Shown here one piece after another: positions 57,377 to 64,000 of a DNA stretch of 64,000 nt; the stretch's first letter is position 1; every line of letters starts with the position of its first letter. This DNA comes from the human T2T-CHM13v2.0 reference genome, Homo sapiens, in NCBI RefSeq assembly GCF_009914755.1, contig NC_060934.1; one strand, given 5' to 3'. A program made the position numbers and the translations under genes. Below the pieces are notes generated by a model. That model ran no database searches. It saw nothing but the letters and a program-made list of their open reading frames with translations, and was not told the origin of the DNA.

Positions 57377-58119
57377 TCAAGGGGTGGGGCCAGGACCCAT
57401 CGAGACCCACAGTGTGGGCCTTGCTGTGCTCCTCCTCTCTCCCCTGGGTGCTGCCTCCAGCCTAGACTCCTCCTTCCAGACCTAGCTCAAGTGTCGAATG
57501 TCTCCCCTGCCTCTCCAGGCAGCCCTGGGTCTCTGACTCTGGACTCCCTCACTTGGGGTTGAACTTGTCTTCTTCTCCCTGGTAGCCAGGAGGAGCCCCC
57601 AGTTACCTCTGTAACCCAGCATGGCCTGGAAGGCTCTAGTGAGCATATGGAAGGGATGAGCACTCACCACAGCCCTCAAGGCTGGCTCCAGGGACCCTTG
57701 GGCGGGTGACGAGCTGAGAAGGCAGCAGCTCCACGGTTCCCTTGGTTTGGGAAGAGGATGATCCAGACCCATAGGAACAGCTAATTCTGTCTTGCAAAAG
57801 CAGTTGCTTTGCTTTCATCCTGGGCACACACCGGTGTAGCCAATCCACCACCCACACAGCTGCAAGCCACACAGAGATTGTCTTTGTGTTCGTCTGCGAT
57901 GCCTTCCTCTCTGCTGGCTTCTTATGCTCATGATCGGGGCAACCCTGTCTGAAGACTTGATAGGGCCTTTCAAAAAGGCCCTCAGGGTCACTCTAAGTAA
58001 GGTCAAAGAGACTGGGGTTCATTCCTGCCTCTAACCACAGGCAAGTCAATCAGCCTCTTGGGAATGGCTTTTCCATCTCTCAAATGGGTCCAGCAATACT
58101 AAACACGGATTGGTCACCC

Positions 58120-58378
58120 CAAGTCCATTCTTCCTGTCTTCCTTACTAACAAAGCCTGCTTTTGTTAAGAGAGGAAACGTACTCAGCTGTAAAATGACCT
58201 TTTCCTGGTCTCCCTTGCTGAGCAGCATAGCCATGTGAATGCACTCTGGCAATGGAGTATAAATAGGAATTGTTGGGCATTGCTTTAAAGAAGGCTGCTT
58301 TCCCTTTTTCCTTCTTCTTTCTGCCTGGAGTATGAGTGTGATGGCTGGAGCTCCAGAAGCCATCTTGTAAGCATGAAA
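58120..58378 (+). mobile_element. MLT1I/J-like old MaLR fragment
   Basis: gccatgtgaatgcactctggcaatgga, tgtgatggctggagctccagaagccatcttg. Confidence 0.6.
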
Positions 58379-61300
58379 GCAAGTTGAAAGCCTGGCCTTT
58401 TCAAAGAGAATTGTTAGGTTTCCCCAAGGCTGTTCTCTTGGGGGCTTAGCAGGCAGCGAATTAGATAACAATCTTTCTCAGAGCCCCTCAGCTTTCCATT
58501 TCTTAATTTGCCTAAGCTGTCCTCTGTTTCTGGAATGCTCTTCCTAACCTTGTCTGCCCAGTGAACTGCTGCTCACCTTTTCAGACTCAGCTCCAGAGTG
58601 GCCTCCTCCAGGAAGCCCCTTATCCTTGCTCCCAGCTAAAGTACCACCCTTCTTGGTCTTTCTGGTCATCTCCTGGCTGAAGGCTGAGCCTGTTGTGGGA
58701 AATGCCATGTCCTTCTAGATGTGCCTGTCCCTGCTCTGCAAGCATGAGGACTGTAACTGCATCCCCTTCAGCACCTGTGGCTGGAGGGCTGCAGCAGGCT
58801 CCCAGAATGCCAGTGGGCATATGCCACTTTGCCTCGACCTCCCCATCTGTGATGTGGTGCTGATGATGCCCACAGACCACAGCAGAGGCAGCAGCCCATC
58901 AATGCTTGTGGTTTCCCTGGCGTGGGGCCTGTTCAGCTCCTTCTCTACTCAAGGCCACCCTTCCCAGGCTGCCTGGAATCCCAGGGGTCTCCTGCCAGGC
59001 CAGTCTCAGCCTGATGGTCCCAAGGAAACCCTCTATTCCTCACAGGTGTTCCCCAGAGCATGCAGACTTTGAGCTTGCTTGAACCTGTCATTCATGCAGA
59101 AAGCCTCCCCTTGGGCATGTGAGTGGCAAATGCCTCAAATGCTGGATTCCCTTACGGAGACGGTCTCTCTCTTACTGAGAGGGACCCTTCTCCCCTCTAG
59201 GCCCCGTCCTGGGATCTGCCCTCTCCTGCCCCTGCCCTGCTAGTCCCCATCCAGGATGATGCTGACTTTCCCCTTGTGCCCCCTCAGACCCTGTCCTGAG
59301 CCACCTGTGTCTACAGCTGCCTGTCCACCCTCCTCCATGCCCGATTGGGCTCCTGCCACCTTTTCAGGGATTCAGGCTTCCTTCTTAGTACAACCCAAGT
59401 GTGTCAGCCTGCTCTCCCTGGCTCCACCCATTTAGTCCTCCCAGGACCATCTTCCCTCCCAGCTCACACCCTCCAGAGAAGCTCTACACTGCTGGCAGAA
59501 TCCAGTCCCTCCACCCAGCCTGCATGTCAGACCGTCCCTGCCAGGCTCCTGGGGTCTCCACACCCTGCCTTCAGGCAATCAGAGCCCAGCTACAAGAAGA
59601 ACTGGCCATGCCCTGGCACCTTCCCTCGCTCCTCTGCCTTGAGGGCTCTGTTCCTCTGCCTTAAGGGCTCTGCTCCTCACCTCTCCATGTTGCACATCCA
59701 AGCCCAGCCATCATGTGCCTCAGCCTCAGCTCTGATGCTGCCTCTGACAAGCTGACTTCCCTGAAGGGGAGCACCCTGGTCCCAAAGCCCCAGAGCACTA
59801 GAGCTGAGCCTCTTTCTCTTTCTCCAGACAGCCTCTCTCTCTCCTTGCAGCACAGAGTTGGGGACTCCTTCACATCATGAAACCCTCAACTTCCCTGCCC
59901 CAGGTCACACACCAAGTTCAAGGCTGAGCACAGAGCAAAAGCAACCAGAGAGTCCATGGGCTTGGCCCAGACCTCAGCCTGGAGGCACAGGGACAATTTC
60001 TCTCCACTTCTCCTTTGAGCCCAAGAAGTCTCAGCACCATATTCCATCTGCCACTGCCCCCTGACCACAGGCCAACTGGACCCAGAACACAGGACACTTC
60101 ATCAGGATGTCTGGGCCACAGTCCCGGCCTCACAGAGGTGGCTCGTCAGGGGGGCTCAAAGCCCCACCTCACTCTTCCTGGCACCATCCAGACTATAAGG
60201 CCCAGACAAGATCTCACCTGCTGTTCAGTGCTCTCTTCTGTCCACCCAGGCCTCAGCTTCAACCCTCTTGCCTCTGAGCAATCCCTGTGTGCAGTGAGGC
60301 CATTGTGTTCAAACCTTCTTCTGGCATGGTTAGGAGGCATAGTGGGAACCAGAAAGGATAATGCCACTCTCAGAAGGAGATGGGCCCTCCTCCTGGCACT
60401 GCCAACCCAGCCTGGGGGATCTGTGCTGACATTGTGAGGGGCTGCCTGTGCTAGTTTTTGTGGGAGGGGAGGTGCCAGCTATGGGGTTCCAGGGTGCCGG
60501 GGGCCTGCTGACTGCCGACCACTCATTTCTCCCTGCCGTATATCAATTTTGACACCAGTGCTGAAGTCCTCCCAGGGACATTCCAACTTCAGACCCTGTA
60601 CTGTCTTCCTTCCTTCTCCTAATGTTTGTCTTTCTTTATTTCCAGAGCTCCTCTTTCTTTTTCTAAGCTAGGCGCTTTACACACCTATTCTTCTTTACTT
60701 CTCAGAGTAAAGCCCTGCAGAAACACTGAGACACAAATAATGGGTGATCAATGCTTTTCCTGGGTTGGGGGCTAAGATGGTCATCTTTCCAGGTGTGAGG
60801 AGAGAGGGTGAGGCAAGGTGGGGACACAGCGGGCCACCTCCTCTCCACAACAGGATGAGAGATAAAGGGTAGGTTCCCCTCTCAGTATTCTCCCTGTCAA
60901 GCACTAAGAGGAGTCTGGCATGCATTTGCACAGGAGGTTCTTAGATGTGCTGGTGCTCTCCTAGTGTCCCGGACAGCTGATGAGCCAGAACTGTCCACAT
61001 CCATCCTGATGCTGGAGTGGGCAACTGCCACCAGGTGCAGACCACTGGCAGACAGGCCTGGATTGGATCTGGCTATACAGGCTCACCTTGCCATTCCCTT
61101 AGCCTTGCCATAGCATAGCCTAGCATTCTTTATGTCTCCATTTCATTTTATCCTTATTTTTGAGACAAGAAAGATGAAAGTTGGAGAAGCTAAACCACTC
61201 TGAGCCATGTTCTTCTATGATTACCCTTGGAAATGCCAAAGGGGTTTCTCACTTCTCCACAGTTAGGCCCAAAACAGATTCCTGTTCATACATGTCATAT

Positions 61301-62209
61301 CTGAAATGTTTCCTTGTGAAGCAGAAAAACAACCAAAAGTATATTCAAAGGACCGTGTCTCACTAGAAATACTCATTCATTCATTCAACAGAGAGCCCTG
61401 TATCTGTGAACCCAGATGCAAGACAACAACTACTTGTGGAAAACATACTCCTGTCAACACTGACCTGCAGGGCTGGTGCGTGCCTGTCTTCCACACCCTG
61501 CATCCGTGTGACACTGACTATCATCATGAACAGATTGACAAGGACAATATTTGATTTCCTACCTTTGGTTCACCAACTCCAAGCTGCCCCAAAATATTCA
61601 CACTGGCTGTATCTTCTGCTTGAAAGGAATCCCCCAGATTTTTACTCCACTGACTTCTTATCATTTTTTCTCAGTTTAACTGTCACTCCCTCCCTCTTCC
61701 TCTCCTTTTCTCCCAAAAGAGTCTTCTCTGGCCAACCAGGCATTTGTTGACACATTAATGACTTTCAATCCTTTGGACAGTATCTGTCACCATATGACTC
61801 TCCCTAAGAAAATGTAAACCTGCCATGAAAGTGAGACATTCTTCATCTGGTTCATTTTGTCATCCCAGCACCTGATGTGGAATACATTTTTGCTGAATTA
61901 ATGAATATGAATAAATCTGTGAATATTTTCCTTTGAACATTTTTCCTTGTGACAAAGCTGGTCTTGAAATTAAAGAAAAAATAAAAAAATTTCCACTGCT
62001 TTTATGCTTATCTAGACCTCTAGAATAAGGATTCATGGATAATGAAATCAAACTTGTATTTATTCTAGTTATTATTAGTAATTATATATGTGTATATATA
62101 TAATCTCATATATATTTAAATTATTTTGTATATATTTTAGTGTATTATGAAATCAGGCTTTTATTTGAGCTTTTCCCCAATAGCTTGCCAAAGTTTACAA
62201 AAACATTTG

Positions 62210-62637
62210 TGTTAAATCAAACTAAATTTGACCTAAGAAAACCTCTGTAATTGCATACTTGAGTTCTCACACATGAACTGCAACCTAACAAACTGAAACC
62301 CTAAATGAGAAGTCTGCTTCTGTAACAATAGCTGAGTCTTAGCCAATCACAGCAGCCATGCTTCAACCACTCATAAGGAGCCAATTGTTCAAACCATGTT
62401 CAAATAAGGCAAATGCCAAGGTGTAACTAATCCAGATGTTTGTACTTCACTTTCATTTTCTGTATGTCATTTCTTTTTCTGACCATACATCATATCTGAC
62501 CATATGGTAGCCACAGACCCTCTCTGAATCTGTTCTGATTCTGATGTTGTCTGAGACACATTTTTTTCTTGATCAGTTAAACTCTGTTACATTTAATTTG
62601 TTTAAATTTTTCTTTTGACAGATTTGGTGTCAGAAGA
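62210..62637 (+). mobile_element. MER57-family LTR plus start of internal region
   Basis: tgttaaatcaaactaaat...tgttcaaaccatgttcaaataaggcaaatgcc...ttgaca, then gatttggtgtcagaag. Confidence 0.8.
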
Positions 62638-62659
62638 TAAGTAAAACTGCAAAAGGCTG

Positions 62660-64000
62660 GAGAGGCTTCAAGATGGCTGACTAGAGGCATCAAGAACTCA
62701 CCTCCTCCACAAAGAAAAATAAAAATAGCAAGTAATCACACTTCAAGAAGAACATCTAAGAGTGAACGCTGGAATTCAATAGATAAATGATGGGAAATAA
62801 CTGAGGCATGAAAATGGAAGAAAGTGAGGCAGCAAGCTTGGCTGGGATTGGCTGGGAACCCAGAGTGGCTCCCTAGTGCAAGAAAAAGGTTAGTGAGAGA
62901 TCCACAGTGGTTGACATTCTGACCATGGATTTTATAACCATAGCCAAAGGAAAACCCCTCAACCCTCATAGGCCCTGAGACTAGCGTAGGAAGGTGCCTA
63001 GAGACCATGTAACAGCACTGCTTCAGAGGGAGCTCATGTGGGTCCCAGTCCCCAGGTCTTAGGCAGCTGTAGCTCTCTGCCATTTGGAGAGCCCAGCCAC
63101 CACCAGACTGCATCCTGCACTGGAAACCAACAGCCCCTGCATTTCCACATCTCTAGAGTCCCACTGACATCTCCCTGTGTTCACCTGTAGGGCTTCAGTA
63201 GTGCAATGCCAGTTGGACCCAGCAGAGCCTCCCTAGCACTCTAGCACACACAGTGTCCTGCATCTTGGGGAATGGACAGTGCAGCACAATAGGGAGGCTG
63301 CCTCCCCAGTGTGCTGAGAGGCTGCCCTCAGAGAAAAAGGAGCCCAAGTGTGGGTTTCTTAGAGCTTGAAAACTGTCTACCTGGGGCAGTTATCATGGAC
63401 AGCAACCCTGTTCCCACCCCAGCAGTAAGGCTGCCATGCACATGCCTTGAGGGCAGGGTCTGCTACTGCTCACTGCATCTGTTGTTGCTGTCACTGGGGC
63501 CAAAGCACATGCCACTTGACAGTGACTTTGCCCTTTTCGGCAGCAGAGCCACTGCATACTTGCATCCCCTTTACTACTGGTTTTCCCTGTTGCTGCTGCT
63601 ACCACTGCTGCTGCCACCCCTCAACAGCTAGGGGCTGAATCTCACACTTCCCAGATCCTGAGAACTCCTGCCTATGGCTGGAGCCACTGTAAGCAACCTG
63701 CCTATGGCCCAGCCATTTGCACATACCCTGAGGACAGTTTCCCCTGGCCCACTGCTGCCACTGCCACAGCCACTTGAGCACTCTGCCAGTGGGCCTGGGG
63801 ACCCCTCCATTTTGCCAACCACAGCCATCACCTGAGTGTTCCATTGAGGGGCCTGAGGATACACCCACCCACCTTGACACTGCTTACCTCAGTGCCCAAG
63901 CACACTGCCTGGGGGCCTAGGGATTACCCCCACTCTGTTCACCATTGCTGGCCTCTATGTACTCCTCCTAGGGGCCTGATGATGGACCCACTCAGTCTAC
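62660..64000 (+). mobile_element. L1MA1-3 (L1M1-type) 5'UTR running off the window end
   Basis: ggcttcaagatggctgactagaggcatc...cctcctccacaaagaa and ggggcctgagga repeats. Confidence 0.75.

Overview
Human (or great-ape) genomic DNA with no intact protein-coding gene. The right half holds two recognisable pseudogenes: a full-length processed AHCY copy (+, 46006-48165) and the frameshifted last exon of an ANTXRL paralogue (-, 56947-57300). From memory this pairing fits AHCYP1/ANTXRLP1 in the duplication-rich 10q11.22 region; I have not verified that. The window looks like a mosaic. An AT-rich left block (1-~36.8 kb) dense in old L1/L2/MaLR elements meets a GC-rich right block at an Alu cluster containing a truncated MER4 provirus, a TSD-less Alu, a half Alu and an AT palindrome, which looks like a rearrangement junction. 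The best candidate for something undescribed is a heavily decayed, spliced minus-strand gene fossil in the left block (about 11.4-27.6 kb). Its exon-like pieces give short, colinear matches to HORMAD1/HORMAD2 exons 3, 4, 5, 9 and 10, downstream of a small CpG cluster with two TCCCGC motifs. Each match is weak alone, the reference proteins are recalled from memory, and the call needs a frameshift-aware search. Other oddities: a 19-bp minisatellite built from Ig switch-mu-type GAGCT/GGGGT words, a tandem ETS/GABP motif array, template-switch-like inverted repeats, a solo LTR2 nested in MER4, and an L1PB with a duplicated 5' end. Repeat subfamily names and most boundaries were assigned by eye.
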